From NCBI GenBank assembly GCA_030141605.1, contig JAQGDQ010000010.1, positions 62,001-126,000 on the forward strand: a stretch of 64,000 bases of DNA, read 5' to 3'. Below the pieces are notes generated by a model. That model made no database searches, was not told the DNA's origin, and saw nothing but the letters and a program-made list of their open reading frames with translations. Of this stretch, positions 36,219 through 48,640 are shown piece after piece; the stretch's first letter is position 1; each line of letters opens with the position of its first letter. The DNA is from Tubiluchus corallicola (Eukaryota > Animalia > Priapulida). The position numbers and the translations under genes are program-made.

Positions 36219-39200
36219 TCATAATGTGAATTCAGACTCTGACAATTCCTCAAATAGATTTCGTTTAGAATTTGGAGAGCGTGAGTGTGAACTGGAGTCA
36301 GACATGGCTTGCTCTCTGACATGTTCAAGAGATTCAAAAGTACCCTCATCATCAGAACTACTTCTCCTACGTTCTATAGAAGCTCTTTCAGCATGGTGCT
36401 GTATCTGAGATGCCAACATTTCTAAACCTGCCCATTCTGATGTACGTTCCACTTTTTCTTCCTGTCGATCTGTTGCATTATTTTCAATCAAAACTTCATT
36501 CTTCTGCTCCTCTTCTTGTTGTATGCTTTGCCTTTGTTTCACTTCCTCCTTATGATTTTGATGTTCTATCATATGTTCAATTTCCTTCTTTTTCTCAAAG
36601 ACATGGCCTGTTTCTTCTATTGGTTCCAGATTTTGCCCTTTTTCTTCCTGTTGTTCAGTTTTTTCTATCATGTCCATTTCTTGTTTTAGCTTCAGCTGAG
36701 TTTCTTTTGCATGATGTACTTCCTTTTGTATTTCCTTTTCTTGCTCACCATCTCGTGTGACATCATCACTTTGTTTCACTTTGTCTCGTATCTCCTCTTG
36801 TGCTTCCTTAACTTCCTCCACTTTCTGTTGTCTTTCCAGTTTTTGTATGACTTCTTCCTGCAATTCTTCTGCACACTCCATTTTCATATCTACTTGTTCT
36901 TCTGTTTGTTCAATATATTGCTGTGATTTTTTTGCATGTTCTACTTTAATACTCACTTCCTGCTTTTCTTCAAGTTTTTGCTGCAAAAATTCCTCCTGCC
37001 TACTATTCTCTTCCTGTTTTCTTTCTACCTTCTGTTGTAATTCTACTCCTTGTTCTTTTTCCTCTATTCTTTGTTGTCTCTCATCCTGTGCCTTCTGCAC
37101 CCCTTCAGGTTGATTCTGCTCACCACTCGGCTCTAACGTTTTTTCTGGTGTTTGACACAGAGACTGAGCTGTGTATTTGACTTTTACTGTGGACAGAACA
37201 TCGACATTTTCACATGTTTCTTTTTCTAAGTCAGAGAAATTTGTTTTTTCAGGTGCGTCACTATTTGTTGTTGTAGTAAAAAATTCACTAGGGCTATGAT
37301 CAACTGGAGTTGATACAACTGACACAATCACATCTTCAGTATCAACCAGATCAGTGGTTCCAATAGGACCAACAGGTTTTTCCTTTTGACTACAGTTCAA
37401 GCAAATATAGTCTTCGTCTTCATTTAAATCATCTTCACTCAGTCCTACACAGTTGTAATGGAACCAAAGTTCACAACCTCCATCACATTGCACCCAATCA
37501 ACGGCTTCACCCATTGGTCGATAGCATGGGGTAGCTGCGCATATGTTATCTGGGTCATCGTCTTTATCATCATCTTTTGCAACTGGTTCGGATTTGACCT
37601 TTGCTAAAGCTTTCTCTTTGGTATTTGTCGGTGCCATTTTCATGGTTTTCAATTTCTTTCTTCCCACATCTTTTTTCTGTATTTTCTTCGCTTCATCTTT
37701 CAATTTTCGTTTGCGACCTCTGAGCTCAGAAGGTTCTAACTTGATTTTCTTTTTATTCTTTTCCTTTTCTACTTTTATTTCACTGGATGTTTCCTGGTCC
37801 ACAAACTCCATGTATTTTGGCTCTTCCTTTACCTTGCATGCTTGAAGGATCCTCCATATGTGTTGTGTCTCATCAAGTGAAACTTCTAGCAAATCACCTT
37901 CCATCATTAAGTCTTCAAGTTGAAGTCTTGCAGTTGAGGTCAACTCGAGGACTGGTGTTTCAAATTGACGTGGAACAATTGGTGACTTTCGGCTGTGCTT
38001 ACGAGGAGAAGAAGTAGACAAGGTTTTTGAAGCAGAAGAGTATGCATGCTCACCACCTCCAAATGAAGAAGGCTGGACATTACTTTGTACAGGTCCTGTA
38101 GTGAATGACTTTGTTCTAGGCTGAGATTCCGACTCGGGAAGGTGCATTTCAGATAGCAAAGGCGGAAAACATTCAGATTCCACCACAACTTCACCTGCGA
38201 CCGAGAAACCTATATTTGTATTCTGGTCAGTATCCCCACCAGCGCTGAAGGCATTTGGAGCTACAGTCGTCAGGTGACTCTGTAACTCTGGGTTATTAGC
38301 AGCCTTTTGTAATTCAGCAGTGATGATTTTTTCAGTTTTTTCTCTTGCTGCTTGTTCCACCATTTTTTGGCTAAGAACAGATAACTTAGCAAGAGCAGAT
38401 GCCAGCTCGCCTGTTGCAAGTGCCTGTCGGGCTCTATCTTGCCAACCCATTGCTCGCTCTGTAAGACATTGCAAAGCTTCTCCTTCAGGCAATCTTACTG
38501 GCAATTTCTGCAATGAGACTAGCAGGGACAAAATTGTTTCCAGCCTGGGTCTACGTGATGTTAAACAATGTGGACATAAAAATTTCAGATCTTTAATTGC
38601 CTGCATTGCAGCAGCAGCAGAAGTCTTATTTTTCGGCATTCCGGCTTTGGGCAGTGGCACGCAACTGCTATGAAACCAGTCCTCACAAAGTTCACACTGC
38701 AACATGAAGCCACTTCTTCGTTTTCTGCACACACAGTACTTGGCTTCACCCTTGTCTTCTAGTGCCTTTTTGCAATTCTTTTTTCTGTAGTTTCTCATGC
38801 TCTCTATTTCTGTAGTCTCAGCAGCTTTGTAAGCAGCAACTATTGCTGCTGGATCCCTAGTGTCTTCAACAGAAATATCCAAACTTCCAAAATGTTCAGT
38901 TTTTTCTTTTTCATCTCTCATTCTCCTTTTTTGTCGTTTACTATTAGTATCTACACCAATATCTGCCTTGGGAGAAAGAACATCAAGTAACGAATGTGAA
39001 GAATTCTTTTTTAGAAATGTTCTAGCAGTTCGTTCCCGCCAAGATTTTGCTGCTGCTACTTGACTTTCAATTTGTGGTAACTGATCAAGCCGAACAGGTA
39101 CTGAGCGCCCTTTGCTAACAAGACATTCTAGTACCTCAAGATATGGATAATGTTCGGAATTTTGGAGTAATTCAATCTTCAAAGACCAATCCTTGGCTTT

Positions 39201-41425
39201 TCTAACAGCATCTTTCAGAGTTGATATGTTAGGAAGGTAGACGGGTATGTCCTCAGACTCATGAATAATAGCTTCTATAGTAGTAAGGGCATGTCTTGGT
39301 TTTGCCTGCAAACAAATTTGTGCCTTTTCTTCCCAGCGTTCACTCATCATTAACAATCCTTGCAGTTCTCCAACAGTCTTCTCAATTAAAGGATGTGGCA
39401 TCATATTAACACCCATCTCAATGTACTTTTTTAAGTCATCTACCATAACATTACCTTTATCTGATAAGGTTGACTGTACTTTCTCTAGCCACTGTGCTTG
39501 CTGAACACACTGTTTTAATTGGGGTATCTCACCAAGATTGAGCTCAAAAGATTGCCCAAGTTCTAGCAATTCTTGAAGTTTGTCATGTTCTGGCATTTCA
39601 GTTGCAAGCATGTGCTTTACTTCTGCTTGAAAGTTTTTAACTCTGTTTAAGAAATCTTTAAGAAGATCTGTTTCAGGAATTCTGCATAACAGGACTGTCA
39701 TTTCTTCGTGCAGAAGTTGAAGTTCCTCAAGCGAAAGTTTGTCTAAAGGATGACCGGTTTCATCAACTTGTTTACTGCGTGTTCGTACTTTACGAGAAAT
39801 CAACTGCTGAACTGCATGTGCACATTTTTCTGCATCCGACACTCCAGACTTCAAAGCCATGATCAAGTTATTTTCTGGATACTGATTTTCAACTGCTTCA
39901 TCAAGTAATGCTTTCATTTTGGTAAGTTCAAGCTTATTCTCATTCTTAAGATGTAGGGCAGCTTTTGCTTTTAATATCCATCTATCAAATGGTTCTGATC
40001 GAGCCTTAATTTTACGCAACATTGAGGGCAGCTCATCCAATGTATATCGGTATTTCAATGAATAATTAGTTTTTACACAAGAACACAGTTTATCAACATG
40101 GTGTAAACACACAAGCTTGTCACTTTTACAAGTACATGCTACAGCTGACAGGAAGCATGTAGTCCTGCAGTGAGCACACTGTCTCTCGTCATCTGGCAGA
40201 AGCTCAAAAGCCTCACGCTCGGCTGAGAGTACTCCTTTTTCCAGTAGTTCTTTTCGAAGGCGCTTTTCTATTTCCACCATCTGCAACATATCTTGGAAAG
40301 TAGCAGAAGCGAGCTTTATATTAAGAGTCTCAGCCTCTAAAGCAAGCTTACAAATAAGTTCGTTGTGAGAAAACACATTAAATCTGTGATACAACTGGTA
40401 GCTATCTATAGCCATACGACCCCATTTGATCCAGTCAGCAGGGCATACATTAACTGCTTCAGCACAGTTATATCCTTGATTGAATCCTGCATGATAAGCA
40501 CGAGGAAACGTCACCACGAACTCACCGGCACGCTGATCTGTGCGCACGATTGGAACACCCTTTTTCATGAGGAGGTTTGGATGCATTATGGTCACCAGCT
40601 GATGAAGTAAATCAGGCTGAGACTCAAATAATTCTGGCACCTGATCTAACATTGCTTCTTCAAATATTTCAGCTTGAGGCCCTGGCACTCCGTACCATGT
40701 TTTTGGCTCACCCCAGTGAAGATAATTCACTGAATAGCTCCAATGATCTTCATTGTGCCAACAAAATGCAGCAAAGCACATGCCAACATACAACCAAGGT
40801 ACTTTCATTCCAGAAATATCTGCATTTATGTGTTTTAACACGGAACCATCTAACACAGACAGATTGTTCAAGTTCCAAGGTGAGAAACAGTATTCCACAT
40901 CATCAGGATAAAGATCATGGCAATCTTTTGTCGGAAAACCACTGCCCTTTTCCAATGCACTGATATCAGCCCCATATTCAACAGTTATGCTTTCATTAAT
41001 ATCCCGCGTGAGACGCCAAAATTCCTCCTCAGTTGTCTCACAAGGAACCAAATGCACTGGCATATTGAAGTATTCTGATTTGAATGTATCTGCCATTTCA
41101 CCAAATGATTGAAGGGAGTATGATTTTCCAGCATCAGGAAATCCAACTTCTCTTGGTGTGTCACACTCAGCAAGAATGCATCTGCAAAACATTATTTTTT
41201 TAGTAAAACACTATAATACATTTGTTTCCTTATTAATATGCTAAGTTAATCTACAAAGGTACAATTATCGGTTATGTCCAACAGACATTAATTCTAGACT
41301 AACTGAAAGTTTATGCTTAAATGGTTAACTGGATCAAATATTGCACTAGTGCTTCCTTACTTTTCATCACTCAAATATATATACATTTATATTATGTATT
41401 TATTTATTATGATATTATTTTTATA

Positions 41426-41476
<51 letters not shown>

Positions 41477-42928
41477 TAAATTTAACAACATTTGAATCAA
41501 TAAAAGGGCATTTTACAGTATTGTAAGTCTTGCAAATTTTAGCTTATAAGTTTAAAAACTGCTTATAATTATTCTTTAAGACACTACACTTACCACAACT
41601 GTGTTCTCGTCGGCAGCTTAAATGCTACCAACTTATGCAATATCGCTTTTCTAACCGCTTTTAGGTTTCTGGGAGCTTTTTGAGTATACTTTTGGCAATG
41701 GACATTTTTTGAATTGCAATAATATTCAACAACTTCCATTGACTTACATAATAACTATATAAAACAGATACAGTGAGTTGGATTTTAGGCTTTGAGATCA
41801 CCTTGTATGATCTAATTCATACATCTAATGGATGATATCAAAATTATTCATTTTCAGATAAAATGCAATCCAATGGAATGAAGCCTTTACAACTTCATAA
41901 ATGTGAGATTATGTGGGAAGAAGTATAGAATTTTTAATACTATTTCAGTCTGGCTACTTACACAAAGTAAAAACATAGTTAATAAAAATGGTATTTGTAA
42001 TAAACATATCAAACCTTGCGCATTTCCATTTGTTCATTGGAACAACCTCCAGTGGTGGAACTAGACAGTAAGTATGGTAACAATCATCACAGTTATCACA
42101 AAGTAATAAATGTTTATCATCTTCATGTCCCCGACATGTTTTGCATGCAAATCGATCAGGATGAGATACCGGCAATCGATTATCAAAGCTCGTCAGAAGA
42201 TTAAGATCAAGCTCAGATGGCTCACTACTAAGAATAGCTGCTTTGGGACCGGGGCCAAAGAACTGAAGTCGCTTTAGCTCCCGGTTGGCGGAATAGTCTA
42301 CTTTTACATCATCTTCCAAGTTACGAACAGCACGCTTAACTCTTCGAGCAAACACGGCATCAAGCTTTTTAGTTTCTGGTGATGCAGGTTTCGAATTCTT
42401 TGGAGATGTCGCTTCTCCTTCTGCTGTCATATCGAATGGATATAAGATTTTCTCGTAATGGTGCCGCAAAGTGGTAGCCACACCCCTGGAAGGCGTGTAG
42501 CCCATTCGACTTGCCACACAATGCCACTTCTTCTCAGACGTGATCTTCTCTAAGCCGCCAATTTCTTTTACGCATTTATGGAGTTTATACAAATCCAGGA
42601 CCTTTCCTTCCACTGTGGGAAGAGTCAAGGGCAATCCTTGCAGATCCCAGAATTTGGCAATTTTGTCCAGAAAATTCATCTTAACACGTGAAGTTGCCTC
42701 CAGTTCATTTAGTCTTTGAATTCGTGGAGTAAACCTGAACTTATCCACATCAATAACAAATGGTGGCTGCCAATCAGGAGGCGGAATAATCTTACAAATT
42801 CCACACTGCTCCGCCTCAGGACGAACCTTCTCTAGAAATGCTAGAGGATCTCTCCACTCCTCCTTGTCTGGGTGATACACTGGACATTCTGGCGGTGGTA
42901 TGAAAGGTAGTGCCTCTTCATCAGCCAT
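36219..42928 (-). CDS. KDM5: Lysine-specific H3K4 demethylase KDM5/JARID1/lid, about 1958 aa, only 2 coding exons (42928-42015 and 41181-36219)
   Basis: JmjN (PPECPVYHPDKEEWRDPL), ARID (LDLYKLH...KKW..VA), PHD1 spanning the phase-2 intron (CAR/CIL), JmjC with Fe ligands CWHNEDH and AYHAG, C5HC2 finger, PLU-1 region, PHD2 and PHD3 (WVQCDGGCELWFH). ATG context aacATGg. Confidence 0.96.
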
Positions 42929-42989
42929 GTTAAGTTTCAGATACCACTGTCTCACTTTAAACCATTTATACCTCTAATCAGAATACGTT

Positions 42990-45646
42990 CTATCCCCTGG
43001 CAGACTTGAGTACTTTCTAGAAATAAAATATGAATTAATATTAGTAATTAAAGAAGGCTGAAAGCTTCTTTGGTTCAAGTTTACACATTAAATACTTTAT
43101 TATATTAAATGCAACCTATATTCATGAAAAAGTTATTTCAAGTGTTGCATTAAAAAATAATGCTGCCACAAATATCTGAAATATAAGGATATTAATGTCT
43201 CATTTTTCAACAAAGTTCACATGCTATCAGATAATTAAACATTTTATCATCACAGTATGTAATGTATAATGTGTAATGTATATATGTAATGTAATTATAC
43301 AAAAATGTTATTCTTTCCTAATGTTGCTAAGCTACCTTGAGTACTTAAAATTGACAATGAGCGTAAGAGTTCATTGTTAGAATTAGTAATGGATTTAAAG
43401 AGATTCAATGTACGTTTGGCAATGTATCTTTGTGGGATAGGTGTCGGCAAACCATGCAGTCATAACACACTGACAATTCCTTGAAATTTGACGAACGCAG
43501 TGTGAAATTTGTCTATATTCCATTGCAAGTACACAAACAATGTCAGTTAAATAAAATGTTGATCTACCATAGAAAGACATACAACATGAATATTACAATT
43601 TCAATAAAACATGCTTAGTAGTATCAGATTTCAAAAAAAGCATAAAAGTGAAATAGCAGATGTAATAAAGGCGCTTTTGCAACGTACAAGATCTACTGCT
43701 TGATCATAGAAGACGACATGCCCTAAGTGCCATTTTAATACTATTCTATTAATTTCAGTATGAGGTACATTAGTATGTTTGCTTTTTTCTGAATAGTACA
43801 CATTTAGTCTTTTCTGTATCGAACAGCATGTCATTTTCAATGGCAAACTTGTCGCATATTTTTAATAATCTTTTCAATGCATTTACAGATGAGCAAGCAG
43901 AGTTAAGTAATCTGCATAACTAAATGCACTAAGGAAAAACATAGTCTGTTATTTTTTAGTTTGAGTAACTACTGTGAACAAAATTCCCGAAAGCATGCTG
44001 CCTTGTCTTATGTTGTTGGTTGCTGTAAATTCAAAAGATTTAGAGTCATTCTAATTATTCTACACATATTTAAATGTTAACGTAAGTGTTCAGCATCAGC
44101 ACAAGCACAGTTTCAGCTAATTAACATTGCGTTTCCAGCTTTGAGAACAGAATAATGATATTAATGCGATTGAAAACCTCGGAAAAATAAATTAGGCAGT
44201 CATAGACAGTTTACATATGTTCAAGTAAACAAGGCATAACCATTTAATGCAACTTACTGCCAATTACAAGTAAGTACTTTGCAAGTTACAAAAAATTAAA
44301 AAAAATACCAAAATACTGGGCTCTTAATTTAGTAGTTGCCTATAATTGTTTTCTAGAATGCAAAGTATTTAGTTTACACATTTAGGTAGCAGTAAGTGTT
44401 TTTTAAAACTGCATAATTGAGATTAGACATTCCAAGTCAATTTCACTGAAAACTAGTGGTTTCTTTAGTCTAAACAATATTTAAATAAATGCAAGAGCTA
44501 AATAGGTAGCAGCAAAACTATTATGTTACTGCCAAAGTAAAAAAGTACTAATACTTACATGGCTATTAAAGATACATACAGAAGTATACATGTAAACAAC
44601 ATCATAAATACATATAACAAAGTACCATAGGGCACTAACTTAACTACATCAAATCATGATTGTTGCGATGTGACCAGAACCTATACCTTACCTTGCAAAT
44701 CATACTGCTGTTGTGTAAGCAAATTACATTTATGCAGCTGAAACAAAACTCACAATTTAGTGACAAATTAATGAATTACAAATTTACTTCCTAAGCTCTA
44801 CTGTTAGCAACACTTGTCTTCTTTAATTTGTCATATTACTATACATCCCTAAAAAATCAATTTTAACATTGTATAATAATTAATGACAATACAATGCATA
44901 GAAAGAGTTTGTAAAAAACCAGCTCACCTTCCGAATTGCTTCAATGTGTGCAGATGTGATGGTATTATCTTTTAACCCTTGAGCGTATTCATTTGCAGCT
45001 AAAGCAATTTGCCGTAAGAAAAGCATGTGGTTCAAAAAAACCTGAAAAAGAAAAGCCAAGTTGTTTATCATATTTAAAAGCTTATGCAAATATTTGTATT
45101 GTAGTTAAACCCACCGTTATAAGGTTAGAGTAAGATAGAATGAAAAAAAACGGATAATAGAAAATTTTATCAGTGCATGAAAGATGACTGTTCAATTTTT
45201 CAGTTTTGGCAGAAATTAGATTTGATGTACAATCTTGGCTATCAACTGTGATGGCCATTTTCAAGGTTAAATGGGGTTGAGTTTTTCAGTTGTGTTCAAC
45301 ATTATTACATTGACGATTAATAAATTATAAAAGCTCAAAGGACAATAATATTGTCAAAGGACGATAATATGTGCAAATGAAAATAAATTGCGTAAATAAT
45401 TTCCACCGTACGTAGCAGACACTGTTTAAATATGTTAAAATAGCAACAACGACATTGCTAGTGTTATTAGCCATGATCATATCTAATGAAAATAGGTTTG
45501 GCCGATTCAATCTGCCATCTGCATCACGCAACCTATTAGTACTTGAGTAGACTTACTAGCAGTTCGCAATTAGTTGTCCACTTAGCTTTCCTGCAGTTTT
45601 GTCTCAAAGTTTTGCGTAGTTTTCCCTTAGAAAAAGTTCGCTTCAT
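42990..45646 (-). CDS. CENPW: Centromere protein W (histone fold), 76 aa, 3 coding exons (45646-45557, 45041-44928, 43016-42990)
   Basis: Spliced product MKRTFSKGKLRKTLRQNCRKAKWTTNCELL/VFLNHMLFLRQIALAANEYAQGLKDNTITSAHIEAIRK/KVLKSARG*. Both introns are phase 0 GT-AG. Resembles CENP-W as I recall it (KR..P.G.L..., DLLVHLNCLLF..RLA, I..EH.., KVILKKSRG*). Confidence 0.88.
43400..44080 (-). mobile_element. Degraded non-LTR retrotransposon RT remnant in CENP-W intron 2
   Basis: Minus-strand fragments EFTATNNIRQGSMLSGILFTV (cf. GVRQG..LSP.LF) and AFSYADYLTLLA (cf. YADD). Confidence 0.6.
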
Positions 45647-48345
45647 GATGATTACAATATTAGATACTCAGGGACGTAGTTTATGATACTAAACATTAGC
45701 TGAAATTAATCAGAGAATGCACACACCACAAAAAAATCATAAATTTAACGTGCACATTAAATTCGTGTAATTCAGTCTTGAAGTGCGTGAAGTTAAGACA
45801 GTGGTGCACGTAAATATTCTTTGGTGAGCCAGAGAGCGAGTTGCGTCACTAGATATTTTCCACGACCGCAGCAGCACAGTACCAGTCCAGAAGAGCAAAT
45901 TTACTAAATCACTACTACCAGTGAAGTAAATTTTGAGAATCTAATTGAGTCAGAAGATCCACAGACAGCAAAGTAGTTGCTGGAATATGTTCCAATAGCA
46001 ATGAAAGTAAGATAGAGAAGAGGTGGCGAGCTGGAAATCTAGCCAAAATAATAATGGCTATAAATGGATTACAAGAGTTAAAGCTGATTATATTACTTGT
46101 GTCTCACACAATGACTTTCATTTGTGCCTATCTGACCAGATAAAGTAAACAAACAACACAGCTATGCTGAATGAATCATTGTGAACACCGAGGCACTGAC
46201 GACCACTGCCCAAGCCGAGCTGGGACTAGTGAATACTGAATGTACCATAGAACTGTGATTCTTAAACAGCTAGAAGCCTTCCAGTAGACGAATTTCAAAT
46301 GAGAGGGAAGGAATTTTAGTTAGGGTAGTCAAGAAGAAACGTTTAGGCAAAATAATACGAGTTTTATGATCTAATAAAACAAGTTTTTTATTCTTTCACT
46401 CAATTAGAAAACAAAATTTAATTTCCTAAATATCATTATCTTAATGATTGTCATTTTAATAGCATAATGTGAAAAAATTAGTAAATAACAATTACTCAAA
46501 ATAACGGATGGAGGAGAGGAAACCAAGAAGAATGCAGAGTGGGAGTCTACCTTACCATTGGCCTACAGATTACAGAAATCAAACGTGGAAGCCCTGGCAA
46601 TGCGTCACTGGAGTTATTCAGATTAGATCTGCAAATTGGACTGTATTTGCCAATGTAAGTCAATATCAGAATTTGTTGACATAATACTAATTAAAGATTC
46701 AAGGAATAGTAGATGCATATGGGCATACTCTTGTTTGAGCTCTGACATTGATGCTGCAAATTACTAATTTTCTATTAATGGCTGGTAGGATGGATTACCT
46801 ATTATTGATGTCATTGTTGATTCGAAGAGTCTGAACAGGTTGCCCATAATTATTAAAACAGACTCAATTATAATTAGTTATTGGCACGCAAGTTCGGCGC
46901 AAATGACAAAAATTGACAATGTAATAATACGGACAAAGCTTGGTCAACTTTATCATAATAGCATGGTCAACTAAGTACATTTTTATAAAATAAGTAAGTA
47001 AACAACTAAGCAGAATAAATCTTTATTGTAATCGCAAAGAACACAAACACATGGAAAACATTTCCTAAACTTCTAGAACACCACCGGAGTAAAACAGTAA
47101 AAAGACAGCAAAGTTCAGTAATTAGTTAATAGATTTTAAGACTGTTGTTGTTGTAGCATGGCATTTTTAACTAAAAATAAAATCTGCTTCTATTATACCA
47201 AATAATAAAAGTGATAATTTGACAGCTTTAGTTGCAAAACATTAAACTCACAGTAAAGTGTACTTAAACAATATCCAAAATGTATTAGATGAATGTTAAA
47301 GGTGTCTTATGTTATTTTACCAGCTTTTAAATGTATTGAAAAGGGTCAAAGCTACAAGACCAAGTTGTACTCGGGAAGCTATGTTCCATTTAACTACCTC
47401 CTGCAGTTAAAAGGAAAGTAAGATGTTGAAGACTCTCACCAGGCTTGAGAGACTCCTGCAACAGCTATCAGGAATAAAAATGTACCAGCATGCACACAGT
47501 CTCTTTCTCACAGAGTATTTGTATCACTGCTGAATATAATGGTAATATCATATTTATACCCATAAAATATACATTTACAATCTAATACATTTTGATATTA
47601 CAGCAACATTATATACACATACATATTACGTTACGGTTACGTTACGACAACGTTACGTTATAACGGCATCGTTAATGTTACCATAAACACAAATATCGCA
47701 CTACATTTTTATAAATTTTAAGGAGATTAACAACTAGAAACAAAAACTATTAGACACTATTCATCACATAAGATGCTTTGGTACAGTAGTACATAACTCT
47801 TACAAATATGACAAGATACACTAATGCAAGCAACTTTTGGCAGACTCGTTATGAGACATGCATATTAAACATGCTACTAATATAGGAAAATTATAAAAAA
47901 TTCTGCTCTTAAAATTATTGGAATATCAAAATCAATAGTAAAATGTTATTACTATAACATTCAGATCTATTACAATTTACAAATACCAACATATATGCCA
48001 GCAACACTAGCATTAAACTAACTTCTAATAAATGAAACTAATAGTGTACTAAACACACAATATTTCATCTAATTTCATTGCAAGTACAGGCATCATTTTA
48101 AAAAGATAAGCTATGCATTAATTATTACAATCTGCTTTTGCACCTAAGGTTTTTGACTACAAATAATGATCTAGTCCAACTATTGGTTCTCACAAATGTT
48201 TCGTTTTTTTCACTATTGGCTTGGAAACTTAGAGTTAGACAGGCTTGTCATCGGATCATTCCATGAGATGCACCTTAAATTTCAAAAGAACATGTAATAT
48301 AGACAAAACTACACATAACAGGATTCTATTTATAAAATGAAGATG

Positions 48346-48346
<1 letters not shown>

Positions 48347-48381
<35 letters not shown>

Positions 48382-48640
48382 TTTATTTTGTATATTGTTT
48401 AAATCTATGCAGACAGACAAATAGCTTCATATCCAAAGACGCTTCACAAAAAGTATCTAAAATCGTTAAAAAATTATAAAACTAAGTACATAAAATGCAC
48501 AGATTCATAAAATTTGACAAATAGTTTTATTACCCTGAAAGACTGCATGCCGTTTTAAATAAGTGCGTTTTAATCTGTATTTTAAAAGCACTAATGCTCG
48601 GAAGTCTTAATCACGAATGTAATCAGGTGTCTCACCATGA
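48347..48640 (-). mobile_element. 3' end of an L2/CR1-group LINE with an (ATT)n tail
   Basis: Minus strand reads PDYIRD...SISAFKIQIKTHLF (cf. FK..LKTHLF terminus), then a short UTR, AATAAA and (ATT)n at 48347-48381. Confidence 0.6.

Noticed and set aside
36205-41173. Multiple short ORFs overlapping KDM5, and similar ones overlapping TATDN2 and the Gly/Tyr gene
   Set aside because: They are antisense or off-frame shadows of real coding exons, with no recognisable motifs.
42929-42955. ORF-track start of KDM5 at GTG 42955
   Set aside because: In a eukaryote the ATG at 42928 with strong context is the likely start, and JmjN homology begins just after it.
46030-46840. Several CTGA D-box-like motifs with short terminal stems (possible C/D snoRNAs)
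   Set aside because: No canonical C box (RTGATGA) and no rRNA-complementary guide that I could verify.
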